A DNA stretch of 64,000 bases from Octopus sinensis (Eukaryota): the NCBI RefSeq assembly GCF_006345805.1, contig NC_043003.1:60202001-60266000 (forward strand). The letters are read 5' to 3'. The translations under genes were made by a program, and so were the position numbers. The notes under the pieces were generated by a model. It searched no databases and was not told where the DNA came from. It saw only the letters and a program-made list of their open reading frames with translations. Shown in pieces: positions 25,553 to 39,611 of the stretch (its first letter is position 1; each line of letters starts with the position of its first letter).

Positions 25553-26458
25553 TGTTTGAGAGTCCATTTCCACGTGCGTATGCGTGTGTATTCCCCATTC
25601 TGCGAAAATAATAGACTCTTTAAACGTAATTAAATAAATACTGTTTTGGCTTCTTCATTAATTATTTCCAGCTCACCCTTCATACACAATTATAGAGAGC
25701 TCCTGACAACTGCCGCCATTTTGTTTTCAGCCATGTTGTGTTTGTCTCCTACTTATGCATTCCGCTGCAATTAAATAATCATTTCAAGCTTTGCCTTTTA
25801 TTAATTTTGATGCATCTTTCCCTCCGTTATATCGTCATATACTAACAGATCCTATTACACTTTTCCCTCCACTAACAAACTTAATCCTATTAGATGAGCT
25901 AAGTGTTTGCAGACCCGTTTCTGCCCAAGAATTACTTTTCTTTTCACATAATTGTATTATTCCGCCCTATTTACTTTTTTTTTTTATAATCGTTTATGTT
26001 ATTTTACTTTAAATATTTTTTATCATCCTATAGACTTATATATATATATATTCGCATCAACATTAAATATATTCAAAGTTAGATACCAGATTTATGTAGC
26101 TACTCTCATGTTTTTACACAATGGCTTGCTAACATGCAATTTTGTTCACTCTGTCAACCATAATTCACAGCAGAAGAGATAGTAATGGCTAACTTAGTAT
26201 GTTATATTTCTGTACTGCAAATACTAAATACTAAATGCATTTAGTTTTCTTTATAATATAGAGTTGCCGTCGCCATCATTTATATTGGTACCAATCATAA
26301 GCAGGCTTTTACTAATATGTTAATTATTAACATTGAAATATCTGTCAATGTTAATAATTATTGAGTGCTCGACAAAACAATTCAAATACGATCAAATGCA
26401 GACAGATTTCGATTATATATATACACATACATACATATATGTATATATATATATATAT

Positions 26459-27998
<1,540 letters not shown>

Positions 27999-28207
27999 CC
28001 AAACAAATTCCAACTTGATTTTCACGCTTGTTTACAATCTTATAATAATATAATATAATATAATATTACGGAGATGTACTGCATAGCAAGTGACCTGATC
28101 TGAGATCGTGTGCTGGAACGAAAACAATTGCTGCGTGGAAGGTGTCTATAAGTCATTTAAGGAACACACAAAAACCGTTAGATTCACTTCAACATTTAAA
28201 TTTAATG

Positions 28208-28254
28208 TGCCAAAATATTTTCGTCGCTTTGAGACCGCGACCTGTTCACTGACA
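28208..28254 (-). ncRNA. Type I hammerhead ribozyme, G3:C8 core variant
   Basis: uguca GUGAACA g gucgc ggucucaaa gcgac GAAA auau UU uggca. Stem I 5 bp (one G-U), stem II 5 perfect bp, palindromic stem III aaauauuu. Confidence 0.65.
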
Positions 28255-28268
28255 AAGCTTCGTGCTGC

Positions 28269-28502
28269 ATGAAATGGTAGAATATTAAACGTCTATTCTG
28301 ATTGAACTAGTACTTTCATGCATTAAACTATGCAATCTTCAGGTTCATATAGTATTGGTGACATTTATATTTTACAATTTACAACTATTCTAAATGTAAA
28401 ACATAACTGTCACCACTAATAATCGAAGCTGAAGATTGCATAGTTTAATGCATAAAAGTAATAGTTCAGTTAGAATGAACATTTAATATTCAATCATTTC
28501 AT
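28269..28502. repeat. ~234-bp imperfect palindrome (MITE-like foldback)
   Basis: atgaaatg..aatattaaa..tgcattaaactatgcaatcttcag..ggtgaca..ttttaca pairs with its reverse complement at the right end around an ~18-nt centre. Confidence 0.8.
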
Positions 28503-28600
28503 TGTATCATATTATATTATAAGACTGTAAATAAAACGTAAAAATCAAAGTTGGAATTTCTTTGAGTAATATATCATTCTATACACAATCATGCACACCC

Positions 28601-28648
<48 letters not shown>

Positions 28649-29311
28649 CGTATGCCTGTGGTATGTCTGGGTGTGTGCGTGCGTGTTTGTGAGTGTATGT
28701 GGAACACAAATGAAAAATGCGAAGACTAGGTAAATTAAAGAGACAAGATATATTCGGTCGAGACTCATGAACACTGTGATAAGTCTTTAACGTTTCGTGT
28801 ATTCACTCTTCAACTGAAAGGATAACTAAGTACGTGTGCATATATATATATATATATATAGACGTAAAGTTGAATGTGAAATCACGGTGATACAGAACTA
28901 AATTCATTTTTAATGTCTGCCTTGAAAAACTGCATTGGGTATGATTAGTATAATTTTGGTAGTAATGACTTTGTCCCTCTAGTGTGAGGCATTATGTGTA
29001 ATAATGCCCTCTATACAATATAGATATAATTAATTGTTCAAAAGAAAAATATTTTCGAATTCTTTTCTTTTACGAGGTTTCACGCTAGCTACCCGATAAT
29101 TTCTTGTTAAGATCCCTTCTTAAGAGATATCCTTAATTGTTAAACTTATTCCGAAATACTTTCATTACCCGACATGCAGTTAGTCGTAAAAAAGCCCGCC
29201 ATTTACCGGATATATGATTTATAAACATTCCATGTGCTTGGCCGGAGTGAGCAGTTGTCTGTTTGTCTTCGCTACGTAAGGTTGGTAGTTATTTATGATG
29301 TATTCAGAATC

Positions 29312-29371
29312 AGTTCTGCTGACGATCATTAGACGTAAAGTTGAATGGTGAAATCACGGTGATACAGAACT
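29312..29371 (+). ncRNA. Type I hammerhead ribozyme (array copy 2)
   Basis: aguucug CUGACGA(29319-25) ucauuagacguaaaguugaauggu GAAA(29350-53) uca cgg uga UA| cagaacu. Stem I 7 perfect bp; predicted cleavage after 29364. Confidence 0.75.
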
Positions 29372-29783
29372 AATCATTTTTTAAATGTTTGCTTTGAAAA
29401 ACTGCATTTGGGTATGATAGTATTAATTTTGGTAGTAATGACTTTGTCCCTCCTAGTGTGAGGCATTATGTGTAAATAATGCCCTCTATACAATATAGAT
29501 ATAATTAATTGTGTTCAAAAGAAAAAAATTATTTTCGAATTCTTTCTTTTACGAGGTTTTCACGCTAGTACCCGATAATTTCTTTTAAGATCCTTATAAG
29601 AGATTATACTTAATTGTTAAACTTATCCGAAATATTTTCATTACCCGACATGCAGTTCGTAAAAAAGCCCGCCATTACCGGATATATGATTTATAAACAT
29701 TCCATGTGCTTGGCCGGAGTGAGCAGTTGTTGTTTGTCTTCGCTACGTAAGGTTGGTAGTTTATTTATGATGTATTCAGAATC

Positions 29784-29841
29784 AGTTCTGCTGACGATCA
29801 TTAGACGTAAAGTGAATGTGAAATCACGGTGATACAGAACT
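29784..29841 (+). ncRNA. Type I hammerhead ribozyme (array copy 3)
   Basis: aguucug CUGACGA(29791-97) u cauu agacguaaagug aaug u GAAA(29820-23) uca cgg uga UA| cagaacu. Predicted cleavage after 29834. Confidence 0.75.
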
Positions 29842-30058
29842 AAATTATTTTTTTAAATGTCTTGCTTTGAAAAACTGCATTTGGGTATGATTAGTATAAT
29901 TTGGTAGTAATGACTTTGTCCCTCCTAGTGTGAGGCATTTATGTGTAATAAGCCCTCTATACAATATATATATATATATATATATATATAGTATATATAT
30001 ATATATATTATATATATATATATAATATATATATGTATGTATATATATATATATAATG

Positions 30059-30099
<41 letters not shown>

Positions 30100-30124
30100 T
30101 CTGCAGCAATAATAATAATAATAA

Positions 30125-30612
30125 TGTTATTATGTATATTGTTTTGTCTTGGTATAAAAGATGGGCTACAGTCAATATTCTGCACAATACCACAGATTTG
30201 CTTATCAGTTGTTTGAACTTAATCAGTTGAGCATGTCCCTTAGTGGCAGACGATATGTGCATCTCTGATCACGAGCAGAATAGTGGATGAGCATCATAGC
30301 CATGTGTTGAGAGGAGTTCTTTGGGGTTTGAATAATTCACCCTTAGAAACATGGATGTTTCGTTCAACATCCTTAAACAACCCTTATTCAGGGACCTTTT
30401 GAGCAGGATGGGTTACTCGACCTGAAGAAAATTCTAGCTGGGCCCTCCTGCAAAGTCATGTGCTATTTATCTTGATATGAAATCATGTCGCGCACATATG
30501 GGTGTGATGCATGTGCCTGGTGTACCCTTACCAGACCGGTAGTCCTGATGGGTATACTAGGCTTCGTATATTTTACCCCAGTGTGACTTTGATGGCATGA
30601 GCTGCTCTCTCA
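30125..30612. mobile_element. Non-coding interspersed repeat flanked by (AAT)n
   Basis: Complex ~490-bp block bounded on both sides by aataataat tracts, directly upstream of an RLE-type LINE fragment. Identity not established. Confidence 0.35.
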
Positions 30613-30659
30613 CATAATAATAATAAAAATAATAGACACACTCGGACTGTGCTGACACC

Positions 30660-31010
30660 AAACGAATACAAAATTAAGTAAATACAAGGAATTCGAAATT
30701 GAAAAACTAATATGTGGCATCTTAAAGCGAGAACTGTTCCTGTAATTATGGGTGCCCTAGGCATGTTAAGAAAGGAATGTCAGAAACAACTAGATAATAT
30801 CCCAGGAGAACCGTGTCTCAGAGAAATCCAAAAGATTGGGCTAACGAGTACTGCCTACATCCTTAGAAAAACCCTATCAATTTGAATGCATGTGTTGTAT
30901 TACATGAATATATTTCGCTGCTGCCCCTGCCACTTCCCTTTCGTAAGCTTTCAGCCTTCACTCGTCCTAGGACGCTGGGTGTGTCTCGTCAATTGATTGT
31001 AACAAACATG
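30660..31010 (+). pseudogene. R4/Dong-like (RLE endonuclease) non-LTR retrotransposon 3' end
   Basis: KLSKYKEFEIE / MWHLKARTVPVIMGALGMLRK..IPGEPCLREIQKIGLTSTAYILRKTLSI*, then a 3' UTR near a taataataa tail. Confidence 0.8.
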
Positions 31011-33380
31011 TAAATGAAATGCAAATAATAATAACAGCGAGATAGTCATTAGATGAGTGCGGACAAAAATGCAAAATTAATTCTACTTTTCATTAATAGA
31101 AATTCAAATATAAATTAACATTATAATGTAATTATATATTTCTGTTTTATATCTAAACACCTATGTAAACACCTATGTTCATTCAACATACCTATCGAAC
31201 TATCCTCTTACATAATCACATATATGCATACATATTATATGAACAGACACTAGTGTTAGAATCAGCTCACACTGCTTTCGTGTCCTACATGTGCTGAGAA
31301 TATATTTATCACCAACTTAAGTAATTAATAAGGAATTCTAAAGAAACACAGGTTTGGTTTGATGTTTGTCTCACGCTAAATAAATAAGCAATATATTCTC
31401 TCGTATTCTTTCCTATGTCTTCTAACACTTGTCGGAGAGTAAGACACTGAGAAACTTACAATCACAATCTCCTACAGCTTGCAGCTATAATTTTTAAAAA
31501 ATTTAATCTTTAACTTTCTTACTGCTTAATTCATGCAATACTGTCTCTCACATGCATTTTTACTTATACAAAACTGTTATTTTGCCTCACCTTTATGAAC
31601 ATTATTTTCTTCGGCCATGGTAAATTATTAAATAAATTTTACTATTTTTTTGTATGATTACACATTCTTGCTTGTTGTACATTAACGAAATATTAGCTGA
31701 ATTATTTTGTTATCATTTTAGCATAACAATTTTTCTTTAACATAGTAAGTTTTATTTTTCATGGGAATATTGCAATACCAACAGCTTGTTTTCTAACAAT
31801 AGCGTAGAATTTACTGTATTCGAGGTGAACTGTAAAAATACCAAGAATAAAAACAAACATGAACTTTTTGAATGTGGGAGTCAGTTAGGCATATAGGATG
31901 GGAGAAGAAAATGTACCATTGGTGAACAGTTTTCGAACAATTGAAATCGCGATCGCTGGTTGAGCATGCAAACTCTAAATATATATCTACAATCTGAAAT
32001 CATACCCAGTTTAATGCACGGAAATCTTTGCTTCGGTGTTGCTGCTAAATGACCGTACCCACGCATATATCAGCCGTACGCTTTTGAAACCGAAACTACT
32101 TTACTAAAATTGCTAGAAGGTAGAATAATACCCGTTTCCAGGGGTTTTTTTTTGAAGACTGTTTTCAAAACGTTTAAAATGTTTTTGTCATGCTCGTTTC
32201 TCAGATAATACGCAACAAGCATTGGCTTCATATAAAAATTCCATATTCAGATATTAGTTGTTTTGAAGTTACCTCTCACACAATTAAGCACGAAATACTG
32301 CTATCTATGCGCTTCTACACTGTAGTAATACACCACATGTTCGTCACGTTTATTAAGAAATACTTATTAGTCGTCTTCAAAGCAAGAGCCGTCTACTCTT
32401 GCTTCGAAGACTAGAAGAATGCTTTCTCAGCCTATTATTCACCCTATTAATTCCGTTTCGCCCTCAGCATTTTCACACGACCAAATTACAAAGCTCACAT
32501 GTTAGGACGCTCGGTTTAGCGCAGACGATACTTAAAACTTTTCAGACTACAGACCATTAGAAATATATTGATTCCTACTAAAGTAATACAAAACGCATCA
32601 ACTATGGCTGAGACGTTTACGGAATTACTTGGCAGCTATTCCAAATCATGTTTCTTTTTGTAATAGGGTTCCACCAAGTGGCTATAGATTTCAAACAAAT
32701 ACCAAAGAACCAAGTGAATTTGAAACTTTCACGTTTAATGAAGTCTTCACTTCCCTCGAAATTTCAGTGCATTCCTCTTCTTTAGCCATAGAGCTAAATG
32801 TTCATCAATGTTTGTTGTCTTGAACGCCCGTTCATATTCCAAAGACATAGTGTCTGAGAGATGCACTGGAATTGATACTAGTTTCTACCTCCAACAATTA
32901 CGACTGCATATGACTCTTGATATAACCACGAACTTGGCATGACCAAAGATTTATTGAGCAGCTGCAAAATAGATTTATGGTGAGTTGGTTCGTGTGGCTA
33001 AGACGCGCAAATGTAATATTTTCATATCTTGAAAGTTTCGCTAAAATATGTGAGAAACACATACACACACATGTATATATATAACAGATAGTAATAACAG
33101 AGATAGAAGACAAGAAAATATAGTGTTCAATTATTTATTAATAACACTTTTAAATATGTTTCAGTGACAATTATACAATGATAACTAAATTTATTATATT
33201 ATCACTATAGCCTAAAATCCTGTAACATGGTATTATCTGTGTAATAACGCGACTTTTCTTCCCATGAATCTTTTATCGAGGAGTGTTGTACAACATATGG
33301 GGTTCTGAGTCAGAGATGAATATGTATGCATGGATATGTCTTGCACTTGAAAGGTGTCCTTCCGACGCTCTGCTTCTCTC

Positions 33381-33411
<31 letters not shown>

Positions 33412-33504
33412 TCTCGCCATATATACACAAAAAGTGTGTGTTAATATATATATATATACTACAAATTTCTATATATATAATTATATATATGTGTATAAAC
33501 ATAC

Positions 33505-33558
<54 letters not shown>

Positions 33559-34439
33559 ATATATATATATATATATGCGTACAAATATGCATATTTTAAA
33601 ATTAAATAGATAATATGTACATGTATGTGCATAGTGCAGAGTGTTAATTTATGTATGTATATTTGTCTGTTCTTATGTATAGTTTGTGTAGTACTACACT
33701 GAATTGTCTCCGAACATATGTTTTGTATGTTCACATCTATGTATAATATTATGTGTTCACATTAATGCTATTCTGTACCTCGGCAATATATAATTAGTTA
33801 TGTCTACAAATGGAAGCTAAAATTCGTAAACTACATCCAATATTCATATCCTCTGTGAACTCTAGATTTAATGCAGAAATTACATTACCATCTGCAATTG
33901 GCAGACATTCCAAATCACTTTAGAAATAATTAAAAATCAAATGATGATAAAAGCTTCAATAGATGGAAAAATTTAATCACATAGTTTCTACAAAAGTAAT
34001 ATAAACAAATTAAAGCTAGTTTCATATTTTCAGTTTTAACCGGGATTCATTTCTTCTTACTCAATTGGCGTAAAACACAATATCAAAATATATACGAAAA
34101 AAATAATGCAAAAATTCTAGAGCTACGAAGAGCCGAAACGTAAGAAACATTAGCGAAAATAATACCAAGATATACATAAAAAAAGACGGAATATTTCCGT
34201 TAAGTGCACCCATAATGATAAAGCTTCTAAATTCCTTGATTCTTGTAGATGCTGAAAATTAAATATGTTTCCGTGAAATGCATTAAATCTCATTTGCTGC
34301 TTTTTCGGAATCCTCATGCCATTTATTCCTCTATGCTTTTGTTTCTGTTCATTATTTTCTCTCTCTGCAGTGAATAGAGAAATGGTCTTAGGCAAATGTC
34401 GAGATCATTTTAGAAATACAGTCTTTAGTAAACTATTTA

Positions 34440-34875
34440 AATTCAATGGCTGAATTGTTTCTCTTTGATTGAAAATTTATTTCATAAGCTAAACTATTTA
34501 CCTATTATGTGTAATTCTTTCATTCAGCTTGCCAGATTATTTGATTTCCACGGCTAAATTGTTTACCTTGTACGCTTAAATTGTTTTATTTTAATCACTC
34601 AATTCATTCATTATGAACATCAAATTTCTATCTTCAATGTACACGTTGCTTTGTTTTCAGCTGTAAATTATATAATTCTGTGGACTAAATTGTTTAATTC
34701 TAATTTATAAATTGTTTTTCTCTTCATTGTCAAATTCTTGTGATTTCGAAAGCTAAACTGTTCAACAAGTATGCATATATTGCTTCAATTATTAGGTAAA
34801 TTATTCTATTTCAAAGTTTAGATTATTTAACTTGCATCAATAAATTGCTTCACATTCAGTAAATTATTTAATTTT
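34440..34875. repeat. Decayed minisatellite (motif gctaaattgttta..)
   Basis: About a dozen variants: ggctgaattgttt, agctaaactattt, ggctaaattgttt, gactaaattgttt, agctaaactgttc, ggtaaattatt. Confidence 0.55.
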
Positions 34876-35944
34876 GGTAGATTTCAAAGATAATTTTGGT
34901 TTCTGTTTTTAACCTTTTTAAACCGTTGTACTCTTTTTTGACACTCAACACAACATTTTTCATCCACAATGCAAGCAAAACGAATGAGCGGTGATTTGAA
35001 TGTATATTCAAAGCAAACTGTAAATTACCTACAACGAATCACCTTCTTAAATTGTAGGCGAGAGGCAAAATATACTTGACTGATAAACTTGGTTTTTATG
35101 ATTTTCTCAATTTTGAAATATCTATGTTACCATTAAATGAATGAATGAAAGAATGAATGAATGAATGCACAACTATTTGAAGAATCGACTTATTTATATT
35201 TTACCCGCATGAAAATTTCGTGCACTTTTTTTTGGATTGCTACGGAAGGAAAGGCAGTACCCTCGAATCATTATTTTTTCGGGACCTTCAAAACTGCTGC
35301 GAAGAAGAAAGGAATTTATCCATAAATCTGAAATCACTCTTGCAAGCATTCGAATTGCACGCATCAAAGTTGCCAGGGTATGGTATTAAATCGGATAATG
35401 GATTAAGTCTAGCATTCAAGAACATAGAATTTAAAGAGCCAGATAAACTCCAACTCTAATAATTCCATCAGTCCACTATGCTTAGATGCATACACACACT
35501 CTATATATATATACATACATATGCACACACACAGACATATGCTCAGATGCATACACAGACCCATATATATATATATATGCACACATAAGCACACACATCG
35601 CCGCACTCGCACACACACACACAATCACACACACAGACATATACACTTATACATACATCCATACACACGCACAGGTATTATTTACGATTGTCTTCAATTT
35701 ATTCATTTGGTAAAGCTGCAAATCTCTTACCAAGATATCTTTGCAATAAACTTTCATTCTCTGTCATATAATTTGTGCTTTGAATAATTGATCAAGAATT
35801 CTGCCTTAATCTTAATGAAGGCTTTGAATTTAACATCAAATTCCAGATGTTTCATATATCTAAATATTGATTTCAAAGTTTGGCACAGTGCCAGAAATTT
35901 CGGCACTATGAATATTTGATTAGAATGCCACAAGAAAAAATCCC

Positions 35945-36170
35945 AGAACGAATTCTTCAAGTCAAGCCAACCAGTAGGTGACCTAAGGATAAACCGAGAA
36001 CGGGATGTTTGGATAGTATTTACAATCTCAGTTGGCCATACATGGAAATCCGACCGGAAAATGCAATTGCAACAGGTTGCTTCTAATAGGGCCCTATAGA
36101 GGAGATGTCCGAGGCTTCAGCCTTGCAGGATTAGTGGGCCGAGAAGATGGATAGAAAAGATGATGGAAAA
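35945..36170 (+). pseudogene. RTE-clade LINE 3' fragment
   Basis: VKPTSR*PKDKPRTGCLDSIYNLSW..EIRPE resembles the 14170-14615 fragment (AKPAGGRPSDKPR..GIQPDE). Confidence 0.55.
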
Positions 36171-36827
36171 CAAATATGATTTCATTGAGCTTTGAATCAG
36201 AAAGCAGAGAACGAATCTATACAGCAAGGAGATACCCTTAACCTTTGACTATTCTGTCCATTCCGGAAAGACAAAAGGTAAATCTACTCCGTAAGAATTC
36301 GAACTCGGAAACTGTAGGAACAAAACTGTCTTAAGCGATTTAGTCCAGTATTCTTCATCTTTATTATATACTTAAATCAAATACTTTGCCCTTTAATAAA
36401 GGGCCGACCTACAGATAGGTGCAATCAATGCTTCTTGCTAAATTTAGGACGTCATTTAACCCTCAATATGATAGATATAACAGCAACGTATTAATGAAAA
36501 TCCCCACCTAATGACTGTGTAACCATGGGTTTCCAAACACACAGAATGGTCACAAATTTAAATACTTTTGTTCCTAAGTCTGCCCGAGTAGAATATTCGA
36601 CCATGCGTTTTTCGTTGTTCGATTCATTTGATTATCTCCTCAGGTGGATTACATCCGTCATTGAAAAAGTACAGTCTTGTTACGCACACTCACACACACA
36701 CACTCATACTCACACACACGCACAAACACACACACAGAGGCTGCTAACTTTCCCAAAAACTAATGTTAAGTCTGAACGTCCCTGTGACATTGGTCCGCCA
36801 ATTACAGCTTAATTAAAGAATACTTTT

Positions 36828-37049
36828 TTACTGGTCTCACTCATTTGACTGTGGCCATGCTGGAGCACCGCCTTTAGTCGATCAAATCGACCCCAGGACT
36901 TCTTTGTAAGCCTACTACTTATTCTATCGGTCTCTTTTGCCGAACCGCTAAGTTACGGGAACGTAAACACACCAGCATCGGTTGTCAAGCGATGCTGGGG
37001 GAGGGGGGACAAACACACACACACATATACACACATACATATATATGTA

Positions 37050-37088
<39 letters not shown>

Positions 37089-37106
37089 GTGTGTTGTGTG
37101 TGTGTA

Positions 37107-37137
<31 letters not shown>

Positions 37138-37302
37138 CGATAGTCTTCTTTCAGTTTCCGTCTACCAAATTCACTCACAAGGCTTTGGTCGGCCCGAGGC
37201 TATAGTAGAAGACACTTGCCCAAGGTGGCACGCAGTTGGACTGAACTCGGAACCATGTGGTTGGTAAGCAAGCTACTTACCACATAACCACTCCTACGCC
37301 TA
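36828..37302 (-). mobile_element. SINE family B, full length
   Basis: Complete head, CORE-like body, internal microsatellite and tail. Confidence 0.92.
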
Positions 37303-37430
37303 CAATCGGTAATTCTCTTCATCAACCAAGTGAAACCACGTCGTTTCTTTCTGAAGATCCACGACCATCACTACCGTTAGCATCAGCAAAATTACTAAAC
37401 TACTACCAATGTTAATAATATATATGAAGA

Positions 37431-37645
37431 CGGAGAAGTGGCAGAGCCATTAGCATGCCGGGGAAAATGCTTACCTATATTTCTTCCGTGTTTACGTTCG
37501 GAGTTCAAATGCTATGATCGGGGGTTCAATTTCGCCTTCCATCCTTTCGCGGTCGTTAAAATAAGTACGATTTGAGTACTGGAATTGATTAATTGACATA
37601 GCGCCTCCTTCGAAATTTCTGGCACTGTGCCAAATTTTGAAATCA
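37431..37645 (+). mobile_element. SINE family A
   Basis: ggagaagtggcagagccattagcatgccgggga..gagttcaaat..cttccatcctttcgcggtcg..ggcactgtgccaaattttgaaatc. Confidence 0.8.
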
Positions 37646-37921
37646 ATATTGAGATATATGAAGCATCTGGATTTTGATGTTAAATTCAAAGCCTTCATTA
37701 AAATTAAGGCAGAATTCTTGATCAATAATTCAAAACACAAATTATATGACAGAGGATGAAAGTTAATTGCAAAGATGTCCTAGTAAGAAATTCGCAGTTC
37801 TACCAAATGAATAAATTGAAGACAATAGTAAATAATATATGTGCATATGTATGGATGTGCGTATGCATAAGTGTATATATTTGTGTATGTGTGACTGTGT
37901 GCGGGGATGTGTGTACATATA

Positions 37922-38002
<81 letters not shown>

Positions 38003-38284
38003 AAACGTGATCACGTGACCGACCAGGCTTTCAGATGTTGCTACATATCGCTGGTCACAATGCACTTCGCATTGTTTTAGACTTCAAATGACGCCACCCT
38101 GCTGGCTAAGCGAGCAGGCCAACAAAAGAAAGATCCCTACAGCAGGGATCGCCACCATCCCCTGCCGGAACCTCGTGGAGCTACAAGTGTCTTCGCTCAA
38201 TAAACACTCACAACGCCCTGTCTGGGAATCGAAAACGTGATCCTACGAACGCGAGTCCGCTGCGCTAACCACTGGGCCATTGCG

Positions 38285-38290
<6 letters not shown>
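38003..38290 (-). mobile_element. SINE family C
   Basis: Minus head gaggcgcaatggcccagtggttagcgcagcggactcgc..gttttcgattccc is tRNA-like; body as at 1-160; the 3' end abuts (TA)n. Confidence 0.8.
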
Positions 38291-38375
<85 letters not shown>

Positions 38376-38461
38376 TTAATATGAGTGTGGTGTATGCATC
38401 TAACATATATATATATATATATATATAGTGTGTGTATGCATCTAAGCATAATATTGTGTTG

Positions 38462-38511
<50 letters not shown>

Positions 38512-38901
38512 GTGTGTAAGCATTTCCTCAAAGAAGTTATGCAGTTTATATATCATAATGATTGTTGTATATAAAGCCTATAAGCATTAGTTGTCTAGAG
38601 GATATGAAATTCGTGGTAAATAACCAATAAAGAGATATTCATCCTTTTATAAAGATAAAGCGTTGCTCATAAAAATTTATGGCACGAATAACAAAAATAT
38701 TAATTAATTTCAATGGAATATATGAACTGAAATTGATAATGTATATCTTTAATGAAAGATGTATAAATCGTGATAATCTATTGCTTTCTCGTATATTATT
38801 ATTTATTCATCTTTATTTCCTATCTTTTGTTAAAATATGTTTTTGATTCTCTGCTGCACTAAACAAAAGACGTACATATATACTCTTCCTTCTTCCAGCT
38901 C

Positions 38902-38948
<47 letters not shown>

Positions 38949-39084
38949 ACACGGATACACACACACACTTACATACGAATTTATCTAAAGCATTTGCATA
39001 TTACACATGCATTAGATACGTATATATAGATATCGGGTGAAAATGAGGAAGAATATCTTTCAGCAGGCGGTGGATGTCAAACTA

Positions 39085-39170
<86 letters not shown>

Positions 39171-39184
39171 CCATATGTACATAC

Positions 39185-39221
<37 letters not shown>

Positions 39222-39611
39222 AATACATAAGTGTGTACGAGCGCATGCGTGCGTGTGCTTGCATGTGTGTATGTGCTTGCGTATGAGAATGTAAGCTTGT
39301 TTAATTGACACTATGCTAAGAAATGCCTAACAGACTGTTCTGCAGTTTACTGAACATTTCTTATAAAACTGTTTCCCGATTTTGTTCCTCACTTGATAGT
39401 ATAAATTATTCAGCTTTCATATAAAGCAGTCACAAATTACAATATTGCCGTAGTGGATAATATTATTTCTATAATTGTGTTTTAGACGAAATACATACAT
39501 GGTACTTACGTACATGTATAAATACATACATACGATGCAGGAAGAGCAGTAAAATGTGACAACTGATGCAGACTTTGTGGAGTTAAGCCCGAGGATGTTA
39601 CCTACATCATA

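Larger units (their letters stand above)
28861..29964 (+). mobile_element. Tandem array of a 470-472 bp hammerhead-containing unit (non-LTR retrozyme-like), about 2.3 copies
   Basis: gacgtaaag..gaaatcacggtgatacagaact starts at 28861, ~29332 and ~29804. Units differ mainly by 1-bp indels; (TA)n on both flanks. Confidence 0.85.

Noticed and set aside
28861-29964. TRIM/LTR interpretation of the X-Y-X-Y-X array, or a CRISPR-like array
   Set aside because: No TG..CA termini, PBS or PPT, and no unique spacers. A simple tandem unit with a ribozyme explains it.
32580-32880. Possible exon (open frames on both strands)
   Set aside because: No recognisable protein family, and only weak acceptor context.
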